From: an uncultured archaeon
GTDB lineage: Archaea > Asgardarchaeota > Lokiarchaeia > Sigyniarchaeales > SOKP01
Direction: 5' to 3'
NCBI GenBank assembly: GCA_964447495.1
Contig: CAYUTF010000001.1
Location: 32,001 to 96,000, forward strand
Length of the DNA: 64,000 nt
Each line of letters begins with the position of its first letter. Position 1 is the stretch's first letter. The notes beneath the pieces were generated by a model that worked only from the letters and a program-made list of their open reading frames with translations, searched no databases and was not told the DNA's origin. Below, piece by piece: positions 31,543 through 42,058 of the stretch. A program made the position numbers and the translations under genes.

Positions 31543-31866
31543 ATGGCTAACATTGAAGCTCAACTAAAGGAACATTTAAAAAGTGGAAAAGATTGGGAAA
31601 AGATGGAGACCCCTGTGGCAGGAGTTTCGGTTGTAAAAGTTCCTGCGACTAAAACAAGACCCGCATTACTATTCTTAGAAGTAAATCCTTTAAAAGATGA
31701 TGGAAAACCTATGAAACGTAAGGGATTATTTGTTGGATCTAAGGAAATGCTTGTAAAGTTCGGAGAAGCATTAAATGACGATAAGGTTTTTCAATTGATC
31801 GGAGAACTTGAAAAAGTGAATCCAAAAGGTTCTATGAATGGAAGTGCGAAAAAGTTAGAAATGTAA
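31543..31866 (+). CDS. Small basic hypothetical protein (possible PC4-like nucleic-acid binder)
   Basis: LEVNPL...GKPMKRKGLFV; fold assignment is inference. Confidence 0.65.
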   Translation: MANIEAQLKEHLKSGKDWEKMETPVAGVSVVKVPATKTRPALLFLEVNPLKDDGKPMKRKGLFVGSKEMLVKFGEALNDDKVFQLIGELEKVNPKGSMNGSAKKLEM

Positions 31867-32023
31867 TGATTTTTATTATTAATTCTTTTTTTATTCTCTT
31901 ATGTAAGAGTTTTATTTAACTTTCTAAGTAAATTTAAATTTATAGACAATTATTTTTAATTATACTATTTATTATCTTATTGATTAAGAAAATATATTTT
32001 AAAAAGGTAGAAGGAGAAAAAAA

Positions 32024-32299
32024 ATGGAAGATGATGGTAAGCATTGCATCCAATGCGGTGGAGAAGTTTTCCGATTAGTTCATGATGAATGGATGTCCAG
32101 AACGTTTCGCTTTGTTGAGAATGGACAACTAAAAATGTGTGATGGATGTGGTGCTAAGTATTTAGTATGTAAACAATGTGGTTCTCTGTTTACTAGAGTA
32201 CATCCTGCCTTAGAAGCGTGGGAAGTTAATCAGAAATGCCCTGCTTGTGGTTATGAAGATCCTGAAGTGAAAGCGTGGGATGGAGTATCCGCACGTTAA
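32024..32299 (+). CDS. Double zinc-ribbon protein
   Basis: Four CxxC motifs (CIQC, CDGC, CKQC, CPAC); AAGGAG upstream. Confidence 0.75.
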   Translation: MEDDGKHCIQCGGEVFRLVHDEWMSRTFRFVENGQLKMCDGCGAKYLVCKQCGSLFTRVHPALEAWEVNQKCPACGYEDPEVKAWDGVSAR

Positions 32300-32577
32300 T
32301 TCATTAATTTGTATTTTTTTTGAAGATCCTTTATTTTTTAAAGATTAAGCTTAAGTATTTCTTAGAATAAAGTGATAAGTAGGTCTATATCTCAAATTGT
32401 CTGTAAAACGGGTTCAAAAATTTAGGGTGGACGAGTAAATATTATAATTAATAAAAAATTATTGAAAAAAATCAGTAGTAAAGATTTTAATTTACGTATT
32501 TTTATTGAGAAAATTTAAATTTTGAGTATGCAAATAATGTTTTAATAAAAAAATTAATAGATTCGCATTGAATAATC

Positions 32578-33054
32578 ATGAATAGCATAAAAATAGAGAT
32601 TGCTTCTCCAGAAAATATTGATTCTTTAATGAAATTAACAAAAGAATTGGTTGAAGGGCTTGGTCAAACCTTTGAGCCAAAGAGATTTGATTGGGGTATA
32701 AGAAGACGATTATATGATCCCTTACAAAGACATGGGATTTTAATTGCTGTAGATGAAGATAAAGACAATGAAGTTGTTGGTATGATTGTCGCGGAGTTAA
32801 GAATTGATCCATTTGGTTCATCTGAGGGATACATTAAGCAAGTATTTCTCAAGGAAAACTATAGGAATATCGGAATAGGAAAATTACTTTTAGAAAAAGC
32901 GATAGAACATCTTCAAAAGATAAAAGTAGAAAAAATTAAAGTAAATATAAAAGAAAAGGCGAAGCAAGCAGCTAATCTATATTCGACAATGAATTTTAAG
33001 AAAGTATATGAAGTCTTAGAGTTAGATCTGTCTAAGGATAACCAGGTTGGATAA
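32578..33054 (+). CDS. GNAT family N-acetyltransferase
   Basis: VFLKENYRNIGIGKLLL acetyl-CoA motif, A.NLY...F. Confidence 0.85.
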   Translation: MNSIKIEIASPENIDSLMKLTKELVEGLGQTFEPKRFDWGIRRRLYDPLQRHGILIAVDEDKDNEVVGMIVAELRIDPFGSSEGYIKQVFLKENYRNIGIGKLLLEKAIEHLQKIKVEKIKVNIKEKAKQAANLYSTMNFKKVYEVLELDLSKDNQVG

Positions 33055-33057
33055 TTA

Positions 33058-34032
33058 ATGCATTCAGAATTGATTCCTTGGGTTGAAAAGTATAGACCTA
33101 ATTCATTTAATGATATTGTCAGTCAAAATGTGGCTATCAATAATCTAAAAGGTTTTGTTGAAAGTCCAAGTATGCCTCATATGATATTAACTGGTCCTGC
33201 AGGTACAGGTAAAACCAGCACAGCTTTAATAATAGCGAAAGCAATTATTGGGAATGAGTTGTACCATCGAAATGTGTTAGAATTAAATGCTTCTGACACT
33301 GTAAGGATGGATTATGTGAGAAATGTCATTAAAGAATTTGTTGCTCAAAAAATGATTTTAAATAAAAAGGTATTAAAAGTCATAATCTTAGATGAAGCGG
33401 ATAATATTCCAACCCAAGTTCAGCAAGCATTGAGGAGGATAATAGAGAAGTCTTCTGAGGACGTAAAATTTATTTTATTATGTAATTATATTAATCGAAT
33501 TATAGATCCGATAATCTCCAGATGTGCTGTATTTAGATTTGTGAAGCTTTCGAAGGAGAAGATAATTGAGCGCTTAAAATTTATTGTTAAAAACGAAAAC
33601 TTACATATTCCAAAAGATACAGAAGAAAAGTTTTATGACACTCTGTTCTTTATTTCAGGAGGAGATTTGAGAAAAGCAATTAATACCTTACAAATGGCAG
33701 TTGCATTAGAAATAATTGAGAACTTAAACATTGATGAATTACTAAGAATAACGGGTTTTTTAGATGAAAAAACGTTGAATATTTTAAAAAAAATGATAAT
33801 AAATCGAGATTTCAAAAGTATCAGAGAATTAATTGGAAACTTAGAAAAAATTGATAGTAGAAATTTAATTAGACAATTATTTGAGAATTTAAACGAATTG
33901 AAATTCAGAAAGGAAAATTATAATCAATTAATTTCATATTTTGGTGAGATTGACTATAGGATAAGTCAAGGTGCAGATGAAAAATTTCAGATCATAGCTC
34001 TTGTGGCAAATATAATAGAAAAATTAACTTAA
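33058..34032 (+). CDS. rfcS: Replication factor C small subunit
   Basis: PWVEKYRP, GPAGTGKT, LELNASD, ILDEAD, IISRC, GDLRKAIN. Confidence 0.95.
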   Translation: MHSELIPWVEKYRPNSFNDIVSQNVAINNLKGFVESPSMPHMILTGPAGTGKTSTALIIAKAIIGNELYHRNVLELNASDTVRMDYVRNVIKEFVAQKMILNKKVLKVIILDEADNIPTQVQQALRRIIEKSSEDVKFILLCNYINRIIDPIISRCAVFRFVKLSKEKIIERLKFIVKNENLHIPKDTEEKFYDTLFFISGGDLRKAINTLQMAVALEIIENLNIDELLRITGFLDEKTLNILKKMIINRDFKSIRELIGNLEKIDSRNLIRQLFENLNELKFRKENYNQLISYFGEIDYRISQGADEKFQIIALVANIIEKLT

Positions 34033-34047
34033 CTAAAGGTGTTATAA

Positions 34048-35094
34048 GTGAGTGATACGATCCCGATTTGGCGCATAAAATATTTACCACATTCATTAAA
34101 AGAGATTTGTGGAAGAAAAGACTTAATTGAAAGACTTTCAGATATTATTAAGGAACGGAATTTTCCTCATTTATTATTTGTTGGACAAGAAGGAATAGGA
34201 AAAACAACAATCGCAACATTATTTTCTGAGGCGTTCTTAGGGAAATATTTTAAAAGTAATTTTCAGAAAGTTTATGCTAATGTTCCCCTAACTAGTGAAG
34301 AATTGAAGCAAGCTCGTTCTGAAGCGTATGTTTCTACGAGTAAATTAGGAAGCTTAGCCGGTAAAACAATTACGACGCCTGCCTTTATACAAATAAAAGT
34401 CAAACCATTTATAGAATTAAAAGCACTGGGAGATGTCCCATTTAAAATATTAATTGTGAAAAATTTTGAAGCTCTAGGATCAAATCAACAAGCTTTTAGA
34501 AGATTGATGGAGATTTATGGAACCAATTGTCGTATGATGTTAATTACTACAAAGATATCAGCCATTATAGATCCAATTATAAGTAGATGCCAAATCTTCT
34601 TGATATCACCTCCTAAATTTGAAGCGTTTGATGGTTTGATTCGATATATCGTGGATAAAGAAGATTTAGATATCGAGGAGAATACTATTAAGTTACTCTA
34701 TAATATCACTGGCGGAAGGATTTCGAATGCTCTTGATTTGCTACAATTAGCGAGTATCAGTGGGAAAAAAATTGATAGTGATAAACTATATGAAAATTTA
34801 ATGACTTCTCAGAGCGATTTAATAAGAAATCTCTTATTAATTTGCTTAAAAGGAGATTTTCCAAAAGCAAGAGAATTATCAAGAAAAATTCAAACAAGTT
34901 ATAAATACAATTCTAAAGAAGTGTTTAATTTCTTGTTGAAAGAATTGTTTAAACTTCCTATTAGTCGTTACGCTCGAAATCATATTATTAATCTTATTGC
35001 TGAGGCGGATTATAGAGCTATAGATGGTATGGATATAGATATTCAAATATCAAATTTAATGGCTAAAATTTGTAATTTTGCAGAACTATTATAG
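34048..35094 (+). CDS. Second, divergent RFC small subunit (Walker B degenerate)
   Basis: IWRIKYLP, GQEGIGKTT, LIVKNFE instead of hhhhDE, AFRRLMEIY, IISRC retained. Confidence 0.85.
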   Translation: MSDTIPIWRIKYLPHSLKEICGRKDLIERLSDIIKERNFPHLLFVGQEGIGKTTIATLFSEAFLGKYFKSNFQKVYANVPLTSEELKQARSEAYVSTSKLGSLAGKTITTPAFIQIKVKPFIELKALGDVPFKILIVKNFEALGSNQQAFRRLMEIYGTNCRMMLITTKISAIIDPIISRCQIFLISPPKFEAFDGLIRYIVDKEDLDIEENTIKLLYNITGGRISNALDLLQLASISGKKIDSDKLYENLMTSQSDLIRNLLLICLKGDFPKARELSRKIQTSYKYNSKEVFNFLLKELFKLPISRYARNHIINLIAEADYRAIDGMDIDIQISNLMAKICNFAELL

Positions 35095-36459
35095 GTGAAA
35101 AGATTGGAAGCTAATCAAAATATCCCTTGGGTCGAGAAATATCGTCCAAAATCTATAAGAGAGATGGCAATACCTCAAGCTAAAGTTAATGGCCATAGAG
35201 TAGCGTTAGATGATGAATTAAGGACTTTCATTAAGAATTTCTTCAATGATATCCATAAAATTAATGAAGAAAACAAAAAAATCCGAACCTTTAATCGAAA
35301 TACTGATGATAAGCACCAAAAGGAAGAATTAAAAATTCCTCCAGAAAAAGCAGCGGTATTATTAGAAGGTCCCCCTGGTATTGGTAAAACTTCTATAGTA
35401 TATGCTTTAGCAAATGATTTAAATATGGAGGTCGTTGAAACAAATGCCTCGGATACAAGAACAAGGGATGCCTTAGAATCCAAATTAAAAGAAACGACAA
35501 AATCAAGAGGGATTATGGATTTTATTGTTATATCAAAAGATAAACTAATTCTTATAGACGAAATTGATGGAATTTATGGCGTGACAGACAGAGGAGCAGT
35601 TCCTACCATTTTGGAACTAGTTGAAAATACACAATTCCCAATAATTATGTGTTCAAATGAATACAAAAAGAATCTTCAACCCCTTTATAATAAAATACGC
35701 AAATTTGAAATAAATCCATTATCCAAAGATGAAATACTTAAAATCATAAAAATCATTATAAAAAAAGAAAAAATTACTGAATTGAAATTAGAGGATTTAG
35801 ATTTAATAATTGAAAAAAACAATGGAGATTTAAGGGGAATTATTAATGATCTTCAAGGAATAACTCAAGGAGGGATAGATAAAGATAATAAGGATTTAAT
35901 TTCTCATTTACATAGAGATAGTAATGAAGAAATATTCTCTGTAATCCGAGATCTGTTTCAAAAAGCAAGTACATTACAAGAGGCTCGAAGGATCACTGAT
36001 AAGTCAGATGTCGACTATAATTTTCTCTATAAATGGGTCAATGAAAATTTACCCACTTTTATCAGGAAAAATAAGGAATTAGAAAATGCATATGAAAACT
36101 TATCATTAGCAGATGAAATATTTGGTCGAATTCGGAAAAATCAATACTGGTCACTTTTACCATATTTTTATGATCTCTTCTCAGGAGGAGTCATATTATC
36201 CCGAAAATATCATCCAAAAAATGAAGGTTTTAGAAGAATCGTGTTCCCCCGATTTACTTCGACAGGGTTTTTCTCTCTATCAACTGCTGAGCAATCATTT
36301 GTTGATAAGGTAAAAGAAAAATATAATATCTCTGAAATTGAAGTAATTCAAAATTTATTACCGTTTTTAAAAAAACTATCTTCTAATTCAAGAAAACACC
36401 TTAAACTTATTAGTGATTGGCTTGAATTAGATGCTAAGGAAAAAAAATTATTGAAATAA
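35095..36459 (+). CDS. rfcL: Replication factor C large subunit
   Basis: PWVEKYRP, GPPGIGKT, ETNASD, LIDEIDG, GDLRGIINDLQ, WVNEN, LSLAD...W.LLPY. Confidence 0.9.
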   Translation: MKRLEANQNIPWVEKYRPKSIREMAIPQAKVNGHRVALDDELRTFIKNFFNDIHKINEENKKIRTFNRNTDDKHQKEELKIPPEKAAVLLEGPPGIGKTSIVYALANDLNMEVVETNASDTRTRDALESKLKETTKSRGIMDFIVISKDKLILIDEIDGIYGVTDRGAVPTILELVENTQFPIIMCSNEYKKNLQPLYNKIRKFEINPLSKDEILKIIKIIIKKEKITELKLEDLDLIIEKNNGDLRGIINDLQGITQGGIDKDNKDLISHLHRDSNEEIFSVIRDLFQKASTLQEARRITDKSDVDYNFLYKWVNENLPTFIRKNKELENAYENLSLADEIFGRIRKNQYWSLLPYFYDLFSGGVILSRKYHPKNEGFRRIVFPRFTSTGFFSLSTAEQSFVDKVKEKYNISEIEVIQNLLPFLKKLSSNSRKHLKLISDWLELDAKEKKLLK

Positions 36460-36705
36460 TTATCTACTCATAAATTAGTAGTTTTAAATATCAAAAATGT
36501 TAATTTTAAAAAGCATAATTTCAAAGAATAGAATTATATTTGTGAAAACTTAGTTGAGTTCATGTTTAATACTAAAAGGGATATAGATGTAAAATATAAG
36601 CCAAAAAACGTCTTAATTTTTCTCAATTTTTGACCTAATCTTTAACCCATTAACCTTTTAAATAAATTGAAATTTCAATTAACTAATAAAAAGTAATTAG
36701 AACTC

Positions 36706-37398
36706 GTGATAAAAATGTCTAATTTAGAAGGAAAGGAAATATTTGAAGAAAAAGAATCATTTATGGCTAAAAGATCACAATTAACCTTACAAATTGTAGG
36801 CGCTGCGTTATTTAGTGCGCTTTCGATAGTAGTTGGGACTTTATTAACTCCCACTTTAACAAATCTGTTAAGAATTCCGGGTTGGTTTATTGCAATCATT
36901 GATTTAATATCTCTTGTATGGATCGTCTGTTTTTATCTATTTGGAGTAAAGGCTGGCATTTTATGTTGTATTATTGGAACTATAGGTTTAATGCCATTCG
37001 ATCCTACAGGAGTAATTGGCCCTCTTATGAAATTAGCAGCAACTTTATCTTTAATTAGTGTCCCTATTATCTTCCTAAGGTTATATAAACGAAGTGAAGG
37101 AACAAGAAATAGTAAAAAATTAAAAAACCCTCGTAATTTAATGATTTATGGAGCTTTAGGAACTCTATTGAGAATTTTTGTTATGGTTATACTTAATGTA
37201 GTAGTATTTTTAACCGTTTTTTCACTTTTTCTCGATCAAATTAGTTTAGAATTTTTAGGTTTGCCTCAGATTACCGGGTTGACAGCAGTCCTTATAGGTG
37301 CACCAATAATTAATGCTTGGCAAAGTGTACTTGATCTTGGAATCCCTTATCTTCTTGTATATAGTACTAACTTGGATGAAAAATTAAACGTGTGGTAA
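36706..37398 (+). CDS. ECF-transporter S-component-like membrane protein
   Basis: ALFSALS, ID...LFGVKAG, GPLMKLAAT, R..VM..LN; about 6 TM segments. Confidence 0.7.
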   Translation: MIKMSNLEGKEIFEEKESFMAKRSQLTLQIVGAALFSALSIVVGTLLTPTLTNLLRIPGWFIAIIDLISLVWIVCFYLFGVKAGILCCIIGTIGLMPFDPTGVIGPLMKLAATLSLISVPIIFLRLYKRSEGTRNSKKLKNPRNLMIYGALGTLLRIFVMVILNVVVFLTVFSLFLDQISLEFLGLPQITGLTAVLIGAPIINAWQSVLDLGIPYLLVYSTNLDEKLNVW

Positions 37399-37599
37399 AA
37401 TATTAATATTTAAAAAATCTCTTTCTTTTCTTATTCAAATTATACTTTTTTTATGACAAAAATATCACGATAGTTGATTTTGGATAAAGTATGACTCCTT
37501 TTAGAGAAAATGAAGAAGCAAAAGTTAAGAGAAAATGATTAATTTACTAAAATATTTTTAATTATTAGTCAAAATCTCTTTTATTTAACACGATAAATT

Positions 37600-38856
37600 A
37601 TGATTCACCAAGAAATTAAAGATTTTATATTAGAGGATGTGATCAGTCGTTTTTTAAGATATGTTCAGGTGTGGACTACCTCGGATGAGAATTCAACGAC
37701 TTTTCCATCAACTAAAAATCAATATGAATTAGGAAAATTAATAGTTAAAGAATTAGAAGAGTTAAATTTAGCAAATATAATTCAAGATGAATATAGCTAT
37801 GTCTACGCAGATTTACCAGCAACTAAAGGAGTGGAAAATATAACCCCAATAGGACTAATAGCACATTTAGACACATCTAATATGGTTAGTGGAAAAAATG
37901 TAAAACCAACCATCCATAAAAATTATGATGGTAAACCAATTCTTTTTTCTCATGATAAGGATTTATTTTTAACCTTCGAAGATTCTCCGGAATTAGAAAG
38001 CTATATTGGATATGATATCATTACCTCTGCGGGAGATTCTTTATTAGGTGCTGATGATAAAGCAGGTATCGCAGAAATTATAACAGCATGCTCGGTATGG
38101 AATAAATATCCTGAACTAAAGCACGGACCGATTACACTATGTTTTACACCAGATGAAGAGGTGGGAAAAGGAACTTTAAAAATAGATAAACAACGATTAC
38201 CTAAAATATGTTATACTTTAGATGGTTCTGATGCGGGAGAGCTAGAGATTGAATGCTTTGATGCACGTAAAGCAACTTTAACTTTTAATGGTGTTAGTGT
38301 TCATCCGGGATATGCAAAGAATTTAATGATAAATGCTATTCATGTTGCGAGTAGATTTATGAGTGATCTTCCCGAATTCCAATCCCCTGAACATACGGAA
38401 GAAAAAGAGGGTTTTTTTCATTTAATGCAATTGCAAGGAACAGAAGAAAAAGCGACTGGATTAATATTATTGAGAGACTTTGCTGCAATGAATAATGAAA
38501 AGAAAAAGGAATACCTAAATCAGTTAAAATCTGTATATGAATTGAAGTATCCTGGATTAAAAATAGATCTCAAGTATGAATATCAATATAAAAATATGTT
38601 GACTTATTTAGAAAAACAGCCAAAAGTAGTCGATTTAGCAAAAGAGGCGATAAAAATGGCAGAGCTAGAGATCAAAATGCATCCAATAAGAGGTGGCACC
38701 GATGGTGCGAAATTAAGCGAGATGGGAATACCTACTCCCAATCTATTCACCGGCGGGATGTTATTTCATTCAAAAAAAGAATATATTCCAACCATCTCAA
38801 TGCAGAAAGCATGTGAAGTGATTTTATATTTAGCAGATCTATGGACAGATACGTGA
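37600..38856 (+). CDS. pepT: Peptidase T (M20B tripeptidase)
   Basis: RFLRYV...T.SD, IAHLDT, LGADDKAG, FTPDEEVG, HPGYAK, IRGGTDG. Confidence 0.95.
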   Translation: MIHQEIKDFILEDVISRFLRYVQVWTTSDENSTTFPSTKNQYELGKLIVKELEELNLANIIQDEYSYVYADLPATKGVENITPIGLIAHLDTSNMVSGKNVKPTIHKNYDGKPILFSHDKDLFLTFEDSPELESYIGYDIITSAGDSLLGADDKAGIAEIITACSVWNKYPELKHGPITLCFTPDEEVGKGTLKIDKQRLPKICYTLDGSDAGELEIECFDARKATLTFNGVSVHPGYAKNLMINAIHVASRFMSDLPEFQSPEHTEEKEGFFHLMQLQGTEEKATGLILLRDFAAMNNEKKKEYLNQLKSVYELKYPGLKIDLKYEYQYKNMLTYLEKQPKVVDLAKEAIKMAELEIKMHPIRGGTDGAKLSEMGIPTPNLFTGGMLFHSKKEYIPTISMQKACEVILYLADLWTDT

Positions 38857-38874
38857 AGATAGAGAAAAATAAAA

Positions 38875-40107
38875 TTATTTTTTGATTATTTTTGAAAAAT
38901 CCGTAATGGTAAAAATAATAATGCATAGGAGTAATAAGATCGATACATAAATGAACGCCACTGTGTAAGAGAAAGAGTTATAGATAAAACCAAATATTAG
39001 AGATTCACCGAGTGAGATTAACCCCACCGAAAAATAATAATATCCATAAGCCCTTCCCCTTTTATTTTTTCCGACAAGGTCAGCAATATAGGCTCTTGAA
39101 ATAGGATCAACGGAGGCCATATAAAATCCAAACATTATCCATATTATTATAATTAAGATTAATGAAAAGAGGGTAATTTCAACGGGAACTGCCAGTATGA
39201 TCGATAATACTAATAATATGGACAAACCCGTTATTATCACTGGTTTTCTCCCTATTTTATCCGATAAAGAACCCATGAATGGTGAGAGAGCCATATAAAC
39301 AATATTTGAAATCAAATATAGAACTGGTATGAAGAAATCTGCGAATAAGTAATCGATGGACCTGAGTTGTAAAAAGGAAATATTAATGGATGCAAATTCG
39401 ATTACACCAAGGATGATTATTAACTTTATAAAGTTCTTATCAATTCGATCAACTCTCGTTGACGTAGTCTGAAATTTCATTATCTCCTTCAATTTTGCTG
39501 AATCCACGTCCTTTACAAAAAGGATCAAAATAATGGCACAGATACCGGGTATTATTGTGAACAAGATGATTTGCTGATATGTCCATGCAAAATATAATAA
39601 AATAAATGCCATAATTGCTCCAAGAACTGCCCCTAAAGTATCCATGGCTCGATGAATACCAAATGATTTTCCCTTCTCAATAGCATAGTAGGAAATAAGC
39701 GTATCTCTCGCAGAAGTTCGAAGTCCTTTGCCAGCTCTATCTATAGCTTTCAATCCCAATACCATTTCCCAAGAAGGACTGAAAGCCATTAATGGTTTTG
39801 AAAGATTAGAAACTGTATAACCAGCTACTACAAACGGTTTTCTTCTATTAATTTTATCGCTCATCCATCCCGATAATCCTTTTAGAATGTTTGAAATGGC
39901 TTCAGTTATTCCCGAAATGATCCCGATTACAAATGCCGTTCCTCCTATCGAAATTATAAATAAGGGGAAAAAACTTTGAATTGATTCACTTGAGATGTCA
40001 GTAAATAGTGAAACTAACCCCATTATGAATATAGGCAATGCTACTCCGAATATTGTTCTTTTACTATTACTTCCTTCTTTAGGTTCACTCATAAGTCCTT
40101 GAATCAA
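38875..40107 (-). CDS. MFS transporter
   Basis: SDKINRRK and SDKIGRK motif A, DRAGKGLRTSARD, about 12 TM segments. Confidence 0.9.
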   Translation of the reverse strand: MIQGLMSEPKEGSNSKRTIFGVALPIFIMGLVSLFTDISSESIQSFFPLFIISIGGTAFVIGIISGITEAISNILKGLSGWMSDKINRRKPFVVAGYTVSNLSKPLMAFSPSWEMVLGLKAIDRAGKGLRTSARDTLISYYAIEKGKSFGIHRAMDTLGAVLGAIMAFILLYFAWTYQQIILFTIIPGICAIILILFVKDVDSAKLKEIMKFQTTSTRVDRIDKNFIKLIIILGVIEFASINISFLQLRSIDYLFADFFIPVLYLISNIVYMALSPFMGSLSDKIGRKPVIITGLSILLVLSIILAVPVEITLFSLILIIIIWIMFGFYMASVDPISRAYIADLVGKNKRGRAYGYYYFSVGLISLGESLIFGFIYNSFSYTVAFIYVSILLLLCIIIFTITDFSKIIKK

Positions 40108-40141
40108 AAATATTTTTATTCTGTTAATAGAATTTAATAAG

Positions 40142-41863
40142 TTATATATTGAGTAATGGTTTTAAAACTGTACTAATTCCTAACACGTTAGAAACTACTG
40201 CGGCAAAAAATAATTGTATTATATTAAAGGAGCTTAAAATAGTAAGACTAAAGCTCTTCGTATTTTCATATATTAGGGTATTTTGAATAATTACAACTGA
40301 AAAAATCGCATACAAAAATATTACTGATGGAAAAAACAACCATGAAGAGGTTAGTGAAATCAGAAATATTTGAATGAAAATTGAGATGGCTATAATCCAC
40401 AAAGACTTCTTTCTTTCAGTTTTTAAGAAAGTGAGCTGGGGATATAGTATTTTTCTGTAAAAAATTTCGATTGAAAAATATATGGGAAATGCGAGTTCAG
40501 CAACAAGAATCTGTATAAAATTTGAGGGCCACATAAAAGCAAATGGATATGAGAAAGAAAAGAGTATATAAATTCCAATGAAATAAAAGCTCGCAAAAAG
40601 AGCAAAAATAACATGCTTTAAGCGAAATTGAAATTTCAATAAAGTTTTAAATTGAAGCCACCCAAATTTAACCTTATCGAGCTTTAGTTTGTTATAGTAA
40701 TTTATCATTTTAATTAAAAGATAGATTATAGTAATATTTAACGAAGCATAAAAGATACCAATTAATCCAAAGATTCTTTCAAATATTTCCCAGTTAAGTA
40801 GAAACATACCCGTATAGATTACTATTTTGGCTATTTTATATGATTCATGGATTCGGGGGTGTTTTGGATTGTTCTCAGTTGGTGCAGTATCTTGGTCCTC
40901 ATCTTTATAGGTAAAAAATTGAGCCATGTATGAAGTGAGTAATAACACTATCAAAAAGAGTAAAGCCATACAAACTAACAATACAACATAATTGATTATA
41001 AACGTAATATATATTGGACCGTTAATTATTTCTGAGTGGAAAAAATAATTTTCAAACCATTCAATAGATTCAATTAAGACAACATCAGAAAAAAGTTGAT
41101 GCCCACCACCTAATAAAGGCGTTGTTATAGGAATAACAGTACAATTAGTCAATTCTTGGGCCTTAATAGCATTTTCAGTAAAATTTAGCATCTCATCTTC
41201 AACATGCATTATGATTAATAGATTATGAGTATTAGTTTCATTTATTAAATTAACTGGAATATAATCCTCATAATATTCATTCTGAATAATACCTAATTGC
41301 TGAGGTTTGAAATTTACTAATGGTGCCCAAGCAACTGTTATGTTGAATCGAGGATCGAGTGCTTGATTCATGAGCACTACCATCCCTCCCATTGAATGAC
41401 CGATGAGACCGATCTGAGAGAGATTTACATTCAAATAGAATGAATATGTTTCTAAAGTATCTAATAAATCTGAACAGGCTTGTGCTATTGCGGGTCTTTT
41501 TGTTACTGGATTAATATCAATTACATTACCACCACTCTCACCATGCCCTTGATAATCAAGTGATGCTACATAAAATCCCCTTTTTGTAAATTCAATGGGA
41601 ATTCTTAAATCAAAATCTCTCTGACTTCCTATTCCATGACAATAAATCAATAAGGGTCGTTTATCTTGAAAATCTAATGATTTTGTGGGATAATATAAAT
41701 TTGCATACAGAAAAGATCCAGAGGATTCAAATTGTATTCGTTCATATCGACTATAACTTTGTAATTTGTTGACATGGAGATAAGTAAGTGAGATAGCTAA
41801 AAAAATGATGAGAATGATAATTCTTTTAAAAAATTTTATGTCTGTAGTGGTTAATTTATCCAT
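40142..41863 (-). CDS. Membrane-anchored alpha/beta hydrolase with C-terminal TM domain
   Basis: HGIGS, DYQGHGES, nucleophile GHSMGG, GGH; hydrophobic C-terminal half. Confidence 0.85.
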   Translation of the reverse strand: MDKLTTTDIKFFKRIIILIIFLAISLTYLHVNKLQSYSRYERIQFESSGSFLYANLYYPTKSLDFQDKRPLLIYCHGIGSQRDFDLRIPIEFTKRGFYVASLDYQGHGESGGNVIDINPVTKRPAIAQACSDLLDTLETYSFYLNVNLSQIGLIGHSMGGMVVLMNQALDPRFNITVAWAPLVNFKPQQLGIIQNEYYEDYIPVNLINETNTHNLLIIMHVEDEMLNFTENAIKAQELTNCTVIPITTPLLGGGHQLFSDVVLIESIEWFENYFFHSEIINGPIYITFIINYVVLLVCMALLFLIVLLLTSYMAQFFTYKDEDQDTAPTENNPKHPRIHESYKIAKIVIYTGMFLLNWEIFERIFGLIGIFYASLNITIIYLLIKMINYYNKLKLDKVKFGWLQFKTLLKFQFRLKHVIFALFASFYFIGIYILFSFSYPFAFMWPSNFIQILVAELAFPIYFSIEIFYRKILYPQLTFLKTERKKSLWIIAISIFIQIFLISLTSSWLFFPSVIFLYAIFSVVIIQNTLIYENTKSFSLTILSSFNIIQLFFAAVVSNVLGISTVLKPLLNI

Positions 41864-42058
41864 AATATTATGATTGCTTGTTATTATAGTGATTATAGTA
41901 TTATCCTTTTATATTTAAAATTGTTTCGGGAAAATACAATATATAATATTCTTTTTCGATATTCAGAGGTTAAATTAATTATTATAGAATCAAACCTTAT
42001 ATGGAGACTTTGCGTTAAATTTATATCAATTCATTGAAATTATATATTGTGAATTCTA

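Noticed and set aside
33058-36459. Inteins in RFC or PolB2
   Set aside because: Protein lengths are normal, with no C...HN splice junctions or LAGLIDADG inserts.
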